A stretch of DNA of 64,000 nt from Macrostomum lignano. Lineage: Eukaryota. Under the pieces are notes generated by a model. That model did no database searches and was not told the DNA's origin. It worked only from the letters and a program-made list of their open reading frames with translations. Both the position numbers and the translations under genes were made by a program. The stretch's first letter is position 1. Every line of letters begins with the position of its first letter. Positions 31,636-53,710 of the stretch are shown here, one piece after another. The DNA lies in the NCBI GenBank assembly GCA_002269645.1, contig NIVC01000020.1, positions 868,001 through 932,000 on the forward strand, written 5' to 3'.

Positions 31636-34600
31636 TCAGTGCAGCCGGGTTTTCTCCCGGCGCAGGCCGCCCTCCGGCGGCTCGCGGGCGGCCTCCACGG
31701 GCCGGCCGTTCAGCGTGAGCTCATAGCGGGTGCCGCCGCGGCCGCCCGGCACGATGCTGATGCGGCCCTTCTGGCCGTCCAGCTCGAAGTCCAGCGTGGA
31801 GCCGGTGTCGCTGAAGTCGCTCTGCGTTATTTGGGTTGGGTTGGCTGCATTGCGAGACATGAGATCCGGGTGGTTGGGTTGGCTGCATTGCGAGACATGA
31901 GATCCGGGTGGTTGGGTTGGCTGCATTGCGAGACATGAGATCCGGGTGGTTGGGTTGGCTGCATTGCGAGACATGAGATCCGGGTGGGGGTGCAGATGAG
32001 CCAGCTGGAGCTCTGCTGGCCGGCTTTTGCCACAAAGTTGACGAATATTTGCAGGTTTATCAAACAGAGTTCTGTGGAGATTTCCAATTTTATTTTCTAC
32101 TAGAAGATATTTTTTCTGGTTGGATTTTTTCAGCCGAATTTGTCTATGGCAAAACCAGATTTGTTGTGTGAAATATGCGAACCTCTGTGACGGGGGGCGA
32201 TGACCAGCACAGATGGGAGGATAATGACCAGCACAGATGGGAGGATAATGACCAGCACAGATGGGAGGATAATGACCAGCACAGATGGGAGGATAATGAC
32301 CAGCACAGATGGGAGGATAATGACCAGCACAGACGGGAGGATAATGACCAGCACAGGCGGGGGGATAATGACCAGCACAGATGGGAGGATAATGACCAGC
32401 ACAGACGGGAGGGCGATGATCTACCCAGACGGGAAAATAATAACCAGCACAGATGGGAGGGCGATGATCTACCCAGACGGGAAAATAATAACCAGCACAG
32501 ATGGGAGGGCGATGATCTACCCAGACGGGAAAATAATAACCAGCACAGATGGGAGGGCGATGATCTACCCAGACGGGAAAATAATAACCAGCACAGATGG
32601 GAGGGCGATGATCTACCCAGACGGGAAAATAATAACCAGCACAGATGGGAGGGCGATGATCGGATACTTTTAAACTTCTTCGAGACTCGAGTAATCTACA
32701 GCAGAATCAAGCAATTTTGTTTTTAAACTGTCAATCACTCATTCTGAGAGCTCGACCTATGCAATGTGCCTGTTGGTCTCGCTAATGCATTTGTTGGCCT
32801 TCAAAATCGGCCTTCAAATCCATTCCAGGACTTGAAGATTCGCTAATGCATTTTAATGGGGCTGGAGATGCACTCATGTTGAACGCAAATTTTCTATTTC
32901 TGTTCTTTTTACTAAAAGCCTTCAACAGCCTGCAGAGTGCGAACTGCCTCACCTTCAAGTCTTCTGGAGGGGGGGGGGGGTTGGAGACGAAACCCAGGCA
33001 CAGGAGATGCAAATATACACTCTGCAGAGGCCCAGACTCCATTGCAACTGACAGCTGCGTTGAGTGCCGGGCTGGGGCAAGTCGAGTGCGACCTGCCTTA
33101 GCGACTGCGGTAGGATGAATTGAGCCCGAGAGCTCGCAGTTAGGGATTGCTAGACTAGCCCACTGATGAGGGAATAGAATGGATTGCTAGTCTAGCCCAC
33201 TGATGAGTGAATAGAATGGATTGCTAATCTAGCCCACTGATGAAGGAATAGAATGGATTGCTAATCTAGCCCACTGATGAGTGAATAGAATGGATTGCTA
33301 ATCTAGCCCACTGATGAAGGAATAGAATGGATTGCTAATCTAGCCCACTGATGAAGGAATAGAATGGATTGCTAATCTAGCCCACTGATAAGGGAATAGA
33401 ATGGATTGCTAATCTAATCCATTGATAGTGCTATTAAACAGTTCACAATTGCCGCACTCACCACAGTCTGCAGCAGCTGGTCATTGCACCAGAGTTCAAG
33501 CGAGTCCTTGCCTAAAATTTGAGTATTATTTTGAGATAAATTCCTATGCCAGGGGTGAAGCCAGCCCAAAATGGGGTTGTGGACTTGTTTTGAGAAGCGC
33601 AGCACTCACTCAGAGCGATGCTGTAGTTCACGCCGTGCAGCTTCGTGTTCCACACGGCCGTCTCGGCAGTCGGCATGTACGAGTTGATCGGCATGGCGGT
33701 GCGGGGCCTGCGAGGGACGGGAGGGTCACGACCATGCAGTACAGACAGGGACTGGAGGGTGATGACCATGCAGTACAGAGACAGGGACGGGAGGGTGATG
33801 ACCAGTACAGACAGTGGCGGGAGGGTGATGACCAGTACAGACAGTGGCGGGAGGGTGATGACCAGTACAGACAGAGACGGGAGGGTGATGACCAGTACAG
33901 ACAGTGGCGGGAGGGTGATGACCAGTACAGACAGAGACGGGAGGGTGATGACCAGTACAGACAGGGACGGGAGGGTGATGACCAGTACAGACAGGGACGG
34001 GAGGGTGATGACCAGTACAGACAGAGACGGGAGGGTGATGACCAGTACAGACAGAGACGGGAGGGTGATGACCAGTACAGACAGGGACGGGAGGGTGATG
34101 ACCAGTACAGACAATGGCGGGAGGGTGATGACCAGTACAGACAGAGACGGGAGGGTGATGACCAGTACAGACAGGGACGGGAGGGTGATGACCAGTACAG
34201 ACAGTGGCGGGAGGGTGATGACCAGTACAGACAGTGGCGGGAGGGTGATGACCAGTACAGACAGGGACGGGAGGGTGATGACCAGTACAGACAGAGACGG
34301 GAGGGTGATGACCAGTACAGACAGTGGCGGGAGGGTGATGACCAGTACAGACAGTGGCGGGAGGGTGATGACCAGTACAGACAGTGGCGGGAGGGTGATG
34401 ACCAGTACAGACAGAGACGGGAGGGTGATGACCAGTACAGACAGAGACGGGAGGGTGATGACCAGTACAGACAGAGACGGGAGGGTGATGACCAGTACAG
34501 ACAGAGACGGGAGGGTGATGACCAGTACAGACAGAGACGGGAGGGTGATGACCAGTACAGACAGTGGCGGGGACGGGATGGCAATGACCAAGCTTAGCAA

Positions 34601-35620
34601 TGGGAGGCGGTGGCTATCAAAGGAAGCTGGGCCTACGGACCAGCCAAGTGAGGCAGGACTGCCGCAGAGAATTAGTGCTCAAAGTTCCCTGCTCAGAGTT
34701 CTCTGGCAGCACCAATGGGAACCAGCACGCTTTACTGGCCAGCTCTGCCAATACTTGATGCAAAGAACCGAGCTGCAACTCCCAGTTGAAGTCCGTCATT
34801 GAAGTTTGCTGCGAGGGGCTTGCAAGCAAACAGACAGGGTAACCGAATTTAGCGGGGGGGGGGGTTCCTGGAAACTGATTATACGGCAAAGTGGGCAGCC
34901 TTGGTAAGCAAACACGACTGGAAACTGGACCGGGGCTTAACTGGGTTTGCTCAGCGATCCGGCAAAACGAGGGGCGCCTTTGTGGAGCGGCTTTTAGAGG
35001 AAATTTCACTGGCTCCGGCTCGGTGCAGAGTGCAGTGAGCTCTCGGGGAAGCAGTGTCTGAGGGCCAGTGTCTGAGGGCAGCAGTGCCAGTGTCTGAGGG
35101 CGACAGGGCCAGTGTCTGAGGGCGACAGGGCCAGTGTCTGAGGGCGGCAGTGCCAGTGTCTGAGGGCGATAGGGCCAGTGTCTGAGGGCAGCAGGGCCAG
35201 TGTCTGAGGGCGACAGGGCCAGTGTCTGAGGGCGACAGGGCCAGTGTCTGAGGGCGACAGGGCCAGTGTCTGAGGGCGACAGGGCCAGTGTCTGAGGGCG
35301 GCAGGGCCAGTGTCTGAGGCGTCTCACCTGGCCCCGGTCTCACCTGGCCCCGGTCTCACCTGGCCCCGGTCTCACCTGGCCCCGGTCTCACCTGGCCCCG
35401 GTCTCACCTGGCCCCGGTCTCACCTGGCCCCGGTCTCACCTGGCCCCGGTCTCACCTGGCCCCGGTCTCACCTGGCCCCGGTCTCACCTGGCCCCGGTCT
35501 CACCTGGCCCCGGTCTCACCTGGCCCCGGTCTCACCTGGCCACTTTGGTCGGTTTCTTCTTTTTGCCCTCCTTCATGCGAGCGGCAGCGGATTTTCCAGA
35601 CGAGAAGATAACGGACATGC

Positions 35621-35660
<40 letters not shown>

Positions 35661-35741
35661 TGGCTCTGGCTTTGGAAATGCCGCAGGATCTGCTGGCTGA
35701 GAAGACTTTGGTTGGAGAGGCGGGGAGCGGCGGGCCGCCAT
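31636..35741 (-). CDS. FAIM (Fas apoptotic inhibitory molecule)-like protein with one FAIM domain and a Ser/Lys-rich N-terminus, 179 aa
   Basis: Exons 35741-35536, 33707-33610, 33511-33462, 31821-31636 (540 nt, phases 2/1/0 compatible). AVWNTKLHGVNYSIALSKDSLELWCNDQLLQTVSDFSDTGSTLDFELDGQKGRISIVPGGRGGTRYELTLNGRPV aligns by eye with the FAIM1 C-terminal domain as I recall it (TWVLHMDGENFRIVLEKDAMDVWCNG...EFVDDGTETHF). Confidence 0.8.
31835..31990. repeat. 38-bp minisatellite, FAIM-like intron 3
   Basis: Unit GGTTGGGTTGGCTGCATTGCGAGACATGAGATCCGGGT. Confidence 0.9.
32195..32660. repeat. 24-bp grading into 45-bp minisatellite, FAIM-like intron 3
   Basis: Unit GGGAGGATAATGACCAGCACAGAT, then a composite 45-mer. 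Confidence 0.95.
33145..33420. repeat. 37-bp family, copy 2 (FAIM-like intron 3)
   Basis: Same unit as 13245-14150. Confidence 0.95.
33715..34570. repeat. 30-bp minisatellite, FAIM-like intron 1
   Basis: Unit GGGAGGGTGATGACCAGTACAGACAGAGAC. Confidence 0.95.
35055..35320. repeat. 22-bp minisatellite, FAIM-like intron 1
   Basis: Unit AGGGCCAGTGTCTGAGGGCGAC. Confidence 0.95.
35321..35541 (-). repeat. 16-bp tandem array of the 5' splice site (14 copies)
   Basis: Minus-strand unit CGGGGCCAG|GTGAGAC; the first copy is the real exon 1 donor. Confidence 0.95.
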
Positions 35742-36669
35742 GGCGGCAGCTGAGCCGGGCTTTATTGCCAGCCCCGGCCCGGCTGAGCCCCCGGTATTGG
35801 CTGCAGCCCCGGCCGGTTCAGCTGGGGGAAAAACTGGGCAGGATAAACAGACAGCAGACGGGGAACAGGGGGTTTGGGAATCGGGACAGTGGCGCAGGGG
35901 GTTAGGGAAGCTGGGAGAGACCGGTAATTACCAACACTTTGCTTCGTCTTCTCAACTCAAACTGGTAGCAATAAAAGTTTGAATGCATTGGTAAAAATTA
36001 GTGCAATTCAATTCCGTTCAACCAGCACGTCTTAGTCTGAGGGGTTGCTTCGAAGCGTTTTAACTCCAGTTAATTGCACACTAAATTTCACACTAAAGTG
36101 CACACTAAAGGCTCCAGAAAGCATTTGTTTCTAAGAAAAGAAAAATTTTTCTGCGTAATTAATTCACCTTGATTTGTTAATTTACAAACTTTTTAAAAAA
36201 GCACAAAATCGATTTTTTTTTAGTTAAAAGTAAATCTTGAGTGCAAATCTTGTGTGCATCTTTTATCAAATGGAGAATAAACCTGTGGCAGATGGACATG
36301 CAGTTGTCAAAGATTTGAAATTCATTTATTTAAACAAATTATATAAAATCGATTTGTTAATATCAGCAAAAGCGGAACGAGATTTTAAAATGAGTATGAA
36401 AGTAAGAAAGTTTAAAAGTACAAAGAGCAACGAGCGACAGATCTTTCTTAGAAAATGATTTAGCTTGTTCGAGAAAATATAAAGTGAATTTTATAGGAAA
36501 CAGAAAACTCAGGTTCTAGGAAATTTTTGCCGTTTTTACAGAAGCCGTAAAATTGTTGGGACGCGATTAAATAAATCAAATTCAAATCTTTCTAAGAAAC
36601 AGTATCTTTGCTTGAAGCACCTTCAGCTTTGTTTTACCGGAAAAGACCGTCCTTCAAAAACATTCATTT

Positions 36670-46822
<10,153 letters not shown>

Positions 46823-47394
46823 CCACTAAGAGGCTTGAGTTGAGAACGCAGCAGAGCACAGTGGAACTTGCCGGGCCGAGATGAGACCGAATATATGGGG
46901 CAGGGCAGTAAACTGGCACTTAATAACCTCTGACCCACCCCCGCGCTGAGCAGCCATTCAGGCTAGCAAGCCGTGCTCGAGTGCTGGCGAGATGCGACTC
47001 TCGACTTGGTTTTCTCTCGCTGTTGAAGTGCTAAACAGGATTTTACGCTTCATCATTTGGATTTACGAGTATCTGACCGCGGGGCAGCCCAGCAGTGCAA
47101 TTATCAATCTCATACAGCTTGACATTCACTGCTCTGCTCCCGTGACCCACGCAGAGCCCTCACAGAATGCGAGAATTGATAACTCGGCTTTGGACACGCG
47201 CAAACTGTTTTATTGGCAGGTGGGGCGGTCAGTCTGGGGGCAATTAACTGGCGCCAGAGATTTTATGAGCAGCGGCCACCTGACTGCAGCTGGGCTCTGA
47301 GAAACTGCTCTGATATTATTTTATTTGTTTTTTACTTGGAACCTGCAGTTTGGGAGCTTGACGCGTTCTCTTCTTGTAAGAGCATTCTCTTCTA

Positions 47395-49050
47395 GCCAGT
47401 GTGAGTGCTGTCCCTATCCAGTGTGAGAGCTGTCCCTATTGAGTGTGAGAGCTGTCCCTATCCAGTGTGAGAGCTGTCCCTATTGAGTGTGAGAGCTGTC
47501 CCTATCCAGTGTGAGAGCTGTCCCTATTGAGTGTGAGAGCTGTCCCTATCCAGTGCGAGAGCTGTCCCTATTGAGTGTGAGAGCTGTCCCTATCCAGTGT
47601 GAGAGCTGTCCCTATCCAGTGTGAGATCTGTCCCTATCCAGTGTGAGAGCTGTCCCTATCCAGTGTGAGAGCTGTCCCTATTGAGTGTGAGAGCTGTCCC
47701 TATCCAGTGCGAGAGCTGTCCCTATTGAGTGTGAGAGCTGTCCCTATTGAGTGTGAGAGCTGTCCCTATTGAGTGTGAGAGCTGTCCCTATCCAGTGTGA
47801 GAGCTGTCCCTATCCAGTGTGAGAGCTGTCCCTATCCAGTGTGAGATCTGTCCCTATCCAGTGTGAGAGCTGTCCCTATCCAGCGTGAGATCTGTCCCTA
47901 TCCAGTGTGAGTGCTGTCCCTATCCAGTGTGAGAGCTGTCCCCATCCAGTGTGAGATCTGTCCCTATCCAGTGTGAGAGCTGTCCCTATCCAGCGTGAGA
48001 GCTGTCCCTATCCAGCGTGAGAGCTGTCCCTATCCAGTGTGAGATCTGTCCCTATCCAGCGTGAGAGCTGTCCCTATCCAGCGTGAGAGCTGTCCCTATC
48101 CAGCGTGAGAGCTGTCCCTATCCAGCGTGAGAGCTGTCCCTATCCAGCGTGAGAGCTGTCCCTATCCAGTGTGAGAGCTGTCGCTATCCAGTGTGAGAGC
48201 TGTCCCTATCTAGTGTGAGAGCTGTCCCTATTGAATGTGAGAGCTGTCCCTATCCAGTGTGAGAGCTGTCCCTATCCAGTGTGAGAGCTGTCCCTATCTA
48301 GTGTGAGAGCTGTCCCTATTGAGTGTGAGAGCTGTCCCTATCTAGTGTGAGAGCTGTCCCTATTGAATATGAGAGCTGTCCCTATTGAATGTGAGAGCTG
48401 TCCCTATCCAGTGTGAGAGCTGTCCCTATTGAGTGTGAGAGCTGTCCCTATCTAGTGTGAGAGCTGGCCCTATTGAATGTGAGAGCTGTCCCTATCCAGT
48501 GTGAGAGCTGTCCCTATTGAGTGTGAGAGCTGTCCCTATCTAGTGTGAGAGCTGTCCCTATTGAATGTGAGAGCTATCCCTATTGAATGTGAGAGCTGTC
48601 CCTATCCAGTGTGAGAGCTGTCCCTATCCAGTGTGAGAGCTGTCCCTATTGAGTGTGAGAGCTGTCCCTATCTAGTGTGAGAGCTGTCCCTATTGAATGT
48701 GAGAGCTGTCCCTATTGAATGTGAGAGCTGTCCCTATCCAGTGTGAGAGCTGTCCCTATCCAGTGTGAGAGCTGTCCCTATCTAGTGTGAGAGCTGTCCC
48801 TATTGAATGTGAGAGCTGTCCCTATCCAGTGTGAGAGCTGTCCCTATCCAGTGTGAGAGCTGTCCCTATCCAGTGTGAGAGCTGTCCCTATCCAGTGTGA
48901 GAGCTGTCCCTATCTAGTGTGAGAGCTGTCCCTATTGAATGTGAGAGCTGTCCCTATCCAGTGTGAGAGCTGTCCCTATCTAGTGTGAGAGCTGTCCCTA
49001 TTGAATGTGAGAGCTGTCCCTATCCAGTGTGAGAGCTGTCTCCATCCAGT
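47395..49050. repeat. 22-bp satellite array, about 1.65 kb
   Basis: Unit CCAGTGTGAGAGCTGTCCCTAT. Confidence 0.97.
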
Positions 49051-49390
49051 GAGACAGAAAGATGTCAAACAGATGATGAACAGAGGCTGCATAGACAAAT
49101 ATTCGATGGCAGATACGAGCTAAAAGTTGCGCAGTGCAGCCAAATCCACAACACTGATTCTGTTCTGTATATTTTGCCACACAAAAATGCTAGCAATTAC
49201 AAGAATAGCGCAAGGAAATACAAAGATGATCTTGTTAATCTTTAAGTGAACGCAGTTCCTCAATATAAGCATAGAATGCGCCGAGAAGCCAGTCGGACCT
49301 CACAGCAACGGGATAAATCGGGAAATACGCGCTACATTCTACTGAGTGCCAAAGAGTGTCTGACTACTGAGGCTGAGGAGGCGGCCCTCG

Positions 49391-50874
49391 TCACTTCTCC
49401 AGCACGTCTTTTGCCTCGTTGATTTTGGAAGCCAAATAGGGCGATCCGCCTGGAAATTGCCGGGAGCATCCATTACTCAATCTGCATTGCCGTAGTCACT
49501 CGCGTTTCCTGCTTTGCCTGTCCTTTCCCAACTCTGCCCTTCCCCATCCCACCTCTGCCCTTCCCAATCCCACCTGTCCTTCCCCATCCCACCTCTGCCC
49601 TTCCCCATCCCACCTGTCCTTCCCCATCCCACCTCTGCCCTTCCCCATCCCACCTCTGCCCTTCCCAATCCCACCTGTTCTTCCCCATCCCACCTCTGCC
49701 CTTCCCCATCCCACCTCTGCCCTTCCCAATCCCACCTGTCCTTCCCCATCCCACCTCTGCCCTTCCCGATCCCACCTCTGTCTTTCCCCATCCCACCTCT
49801 GCCCTTCCCGATCCCACCTGTCCTTCCCGATCCCACCTCTGCCCTTCCCAATCCCACTTCTGTCTTTCCCCATACCACCTCTGCCCTTCCCGATCCCACC
49901 TCTGCCCTTGCCGATCCCACCTCTGTCCTTCCCGATCCCACCTCTGCCCTTCCCGATCCCACCTGTCCTTCCCTATCACACCTCTGTCCGTCCCGATCCC
50001 ACCTGTCCTTCCCCATCTCACCTCTGTCCTTCCCAATCCCACCTCTGCCCTTCCCAATCCCACTTCTGTCTTTCCCCATCCCACCTCTGCCCTTCCCCAT
50101 CCCACCTCTGTCCTTCCCCATCCCACCTCTGCCCTTCCCGATCCCACCTGTCCTTCCCTATCACACCTCTGTCCGTCCCGATCCCACCTGTCCTTCCCTA
50201 TCACACCTCTGTCCGTCCCGATCCCATCCACTGTCCGCCCCGATCCCATCCACTGTCCGCCCCGATCCCATCCACTCTGTCCGTCCCTATCCCATCCACT
50301 CTGTCCGTCCCGATCCCATCCACTCTGTCCGTCCCGATCCCATCCACTCTGTCCGTCCCGATCCCATCCACTCTGTCCGTCCCGATCCCATCCACTGTCC
50401 ACCAATCCTGGCACTTGCCTCTATCCGGGTGGTTCAGCAGCATGATCTTCTTGTGCGCTTCCTTGATTTTGTTTTTGGACGCAGTTTGGCTGAAACGGAG
50501 CAACAGGATCGAGTCAAGCTAGGCTGCTGGCATTGGCTGGCTATGGGAGTTGCCCTCATGAGCGACAATCACAGAGGCCCCAAAATGAACTCGACAACCC
50601 ACGCACACAATCAATTTGGTGCGAGGCTCGGATGCCCTGCCCACCCTCTGTTTCTGGCTCAGACTCAGAGAGCAGCAACCAACCTGACTTCCAAGATCCT
50701 TGCCGCCTCCCGCTTGCTCATCTTGACCTCGAAGCCGCCGGGCGGGTACTTGGACAGCTCAGGCAGGCGGAGCATCGCCGCGAACTGCTGCGGATTTTTC
50801 ACCCGGCTGAGCAGAAACCGGCCGCCGAATCCCACGGCCGCCAGGCACAGCCCGCCAACCACTAAGGAGGACAT
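49391..50874 (-). CDS. DNAJC19: Mitochondrial import motor J-protein TIM14/PAM18, 106 aa
   Basis: Exons 50874-50684, 50489-50419, 49449-49391. [19 protein letters not shown]...[29 protein letters not shown] with an HPD motif. Intron 2 is GC-AG. Confidence 0.95.
49525..50400. repeat. 19-25-bp C-rich repeats, DNAJC19 intron 2
   Basis: Units TCCCCATCCCACCTCTGCCCT and CGATCCCATCCACTCTGTCCGTCC. Confidence 0.92.
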
Positions 50875-50904
50875 CCGGCAGAAATGCGGGAGGGAGCTAC
50901 TGGC

Positions 50905-51420
50905 TAATACATTCTCTATTCCCCATGCTCAATGCATTCTCTATCCCCCATGCTCAATGCATTCTCTATCCTAATGCATTCTCTATCCCCCATGCTCAAT
51001 GCATTCTCTATCCCCCATGCTCAATGCATTCTCTATCCTAATGCATTCCCAATGCCTAATGCATTCCCAATGCCTAATGCATTCCCGATGCCTAATGCAT
51101 TCCCAATGCCTAATGCATTCCCAATGCCTAATGCATTCCCAGTGCCTAATGCATTCCCAATGCCTAATGCATTCCCAATGCCTAATGCATTCCCAATGCC
51201 TAATGCATTCCCAATGCCTAATGCATTCCCAATGCCTAATGCATTCCCAGTGCCTAATGCATTCCCAATGCCTAATGCATTCCCAATGCCTAATGCATTC
51301 CCAATGCCTAATGCATTCCCAATGCCTAATGCATTCCCAATGCCTAATGCATTCCCAATGCCTAATGCATTCCCAATGCCTAATGCATTCCCAATGCCTA
51401 ATGCATTCCCAATGCTTAAT
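50905..51420. repeat. 18-bp repeat between UBE2N and DNAJC19
   Basis: Unit AATGCATTCCCAATGCCT. Confidence 0.95.
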
Positions 51421-51524
51421 GCAAACAACAAAATGGAAACAAGAGGAAAAAAGCAAGTCTGGAAACAAAACTGCCAGACAGGCGGCATCTGTGAACAGAA
51501 TTTCGCATTTGCAGCAAATATTAC

Positions 51525-51530
51525 TTTATT
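51525..51530 (-). promoter_or_regulatory. Putative poly(A) signal of UBE2N
   Basis: First minus-strand AATAAA after the UBE2N stop (about 310 nt downstream). Confidence 0.45.
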
Positions 51531-51837
51531 ATAATTAGTTTCGATAGACATTTGACATTAAACTGCGTCTTACAGACAAGGAACCGGTGGATTGGAGGGT
51601 GAAGCCCCCGCCGCAGTCGCACTGGATATCAGAGCTACCTGGCAGCCACTGCAGACAGAGACCCACAGGAGCAGGCGGTGAGGAGAGGGCGGGGCCGGTG
51701 AGTCGGGGACCGGACCGGGCAGAAAGGCGGGAAAGAACCGTCAGTCAGTCAGTGCTCAGGAGCATTACGAATGCCGATGATAGTTGCGGGTACGCGAGTA
51801 GACAAAGAAAGCAAAATCAGGCTGGAGGGCCGGCCGG

Positions 51838-52293
51838 TCACGTGGGCTTCGCGTAGTTGCGCGTCCACTCGCGCGCGTTGCGAATGGCCTCCGGCTCGTT
51901 GTTCTTCCACAGCTCGGCGATGTCGTTCTCTAGCGGATCGTCGGGATTCGGCGCGCTGAGCAGCGCCTGGATGGACAGCAGCACGGTGCGGATCTGCAGC
52001 GCCGGGCTCCACTTGTCCTTCAGGATGTCCAGGCAAATGCGGCCCAGCCGGTCTATGTTGGGGTGGTAGATCTTCGTCATGAACCGCACCTTGGGCGCGT
52101 TCATCGGGTACTCCTCGGGCAGGAACAGCTCCAGGCGGAACACGCCGCCCTCGTACGGGCTGTCCTTCGGCCCGTGCACCGTCACCTGGAAGTAGCGCGC
52201 GTTCGCTTCGTTCGGCGTGGCCTCGATGCCCTCCACCGGCTCCGCCATCAGACGCTGCGTCTCCTTGATGATGCGACGCGGCAGGCCGGCCAT
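51838..52293 (-). CDS. UBE2N: Ubiquitin-conjugating enzyme E2 N (Ubc13), intronless CDS, 151 aa
   Basis: [23 protein letters not shown]...[36 protein letters not shown]. The real start is the ATG at 52293, 14 nt after an acceptor; the track's 52350 start lies in the upstream repeat. Confidence 0.97.
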   Translation of the reverse strand: MAGLPRRIIKETQRLMAEPVEGIEATPNEANARYFQVTVHGPKDSPYEGGVFRLELFLPEEYPMNAPKVRFMTKIYHPNIDRLGRICLDILKDKWSPALQIRTVLLSIQALLSAPNPDDPLENDIAELWKNNEPEAIRNAREWTRNYAKPT

Positions 52294-52329
52294 TGAAGAG
52301 CCTGGCTCTGCGGGTGCGGCCGGGCTATG

Positions 52330-53200
52330 CTGCTCTACTGACAGTAGCATGATGCTAATCTGATCAATACTCTACTGACAGTAGCATGATACTAATCTGA
52401 TCAATGCTCTACTGACAGTAGCATGATACTAATCTGATCAATGCTCTACTGACAGCAGTATGATACTAATCTGATCAATGCTCTACTGACAGTAGCATGA
52501 TACTAATCTGATCAATGCTCTACTGACAGTAGCATGATACTAATCTGATCAATGCTCTACTGACAGTAGCATGATACTAATCTGATCAATGCTCTACTGA
52601 CAGTAGCATGATACTAATCTGATCAATGCTCTACTGACAGCAGTATGATACTAATCTGATCAATGCTCTACTGACAGTAGCATGATACTAATCTGATCAA
52701 TGCTCTACTGACAGTAGCATGATACTAATCTGATCAATGCTTTACTGACAGTAGCATGATACTAATCTGATCAATGCTCTACTGACAGTAGCATGATGCT
52801 AATCTGATCAATGCTCTACTGACAGTAGCATGATACTAATCTGATCAATGCTCTGCTGACAGTAGCATGATACTAATCTGATCAATGCTCTACTGACAGT
52901 AGCATGATGCTAATCTGATCAATGCTCTACTGACAGTAGTATGATACTAATCTGATCAATGCCCTACTGACAGTAGCATGATGCTAATCTGATCAATGCT
53001 CTACTGACAGTAGTATAATACTAATCTGATCAATGCTCTGCTGACAGTAGTATGATACTAATCTGATCAATGCTCTACTGACAGTAGCATGATGCTAATC
53101 TGATCAATGCCCTACTGACAGTAGCATGATGCTAATCTGATCAATGCTCTACTGACAGTAGTATAATACTAATCTGATCAATGCTCTGCTGACAGTAGTA
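52330..53200. repeat. 37-bp minisatellite upstream of the UBE2N acceptor (unrelated to the dispersed 37-bp family)
   Basis: Unit CTGACAGTAGCATGATACTAATCTGATCAATGCTCTA. Confidence 0.95.
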
Positions 53201-53710
53201 GGAGGCTGGCTACTCAAATGAAATGAAACAAGACTCAAAGCCGAGTTCCCGAGCAGAAAAAAATCGAAGGCAATCATTAGTGTCCCAAAATCATATTTTA
53301 TCCCCGAGACGTTGGGAATCGCAGGAAGACAAAAGAAGACGCAGAAGAATTCTTTTACAAAATCTTAGCAGCAAAGTTTGACTCAAAATTGCCTCACCCG
53401 GTGAGAGAACAAATGAAAAAAGAGCAATAAAAAAAAGAAAACTGTAATAACAGAGAGGAGAAAGTCTTTGTCAGTGTCGGCAAAACAAAACGCTGAACTG
53501 GAAGCCGATGCGATGAAGGAAGCTGAGGCAGTGGAGGAAACAGGATCGAGAAGTCTCCGATCAAGCGAATAAAAACAGATAACAAAAAAGAATAAAAAGG
53601 CAAATCTGAGATTCAGAACTCTTTTTGTAGCAAGCAGGTGGGCGAAGACCGGCAACACGAGCCGCAGACTGCTCAAGCAGATGGAGGCTGAGCTGCTCTG
53701 GGGGAGAGTT

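Noticed and set aside
34617-34810. MTDFNWELQLGSLHQV as the missing FAIM N-terminal domain
   Set aside because: Superficial likeness to the FAIM1 start only; acceptor phase is incompatible with exon 1, there is no strong donor, and the downstream sequence does not follow the FAIM pattern.
51749-52307. Long alternative-frame ORF overlapping UBE2N, and antisense ORFs over CYP, VGAT and PTP exons
   Set aside because: Expected from strong GC3 bias, which removes stop codons from shadow frames; no recognisable protein features.
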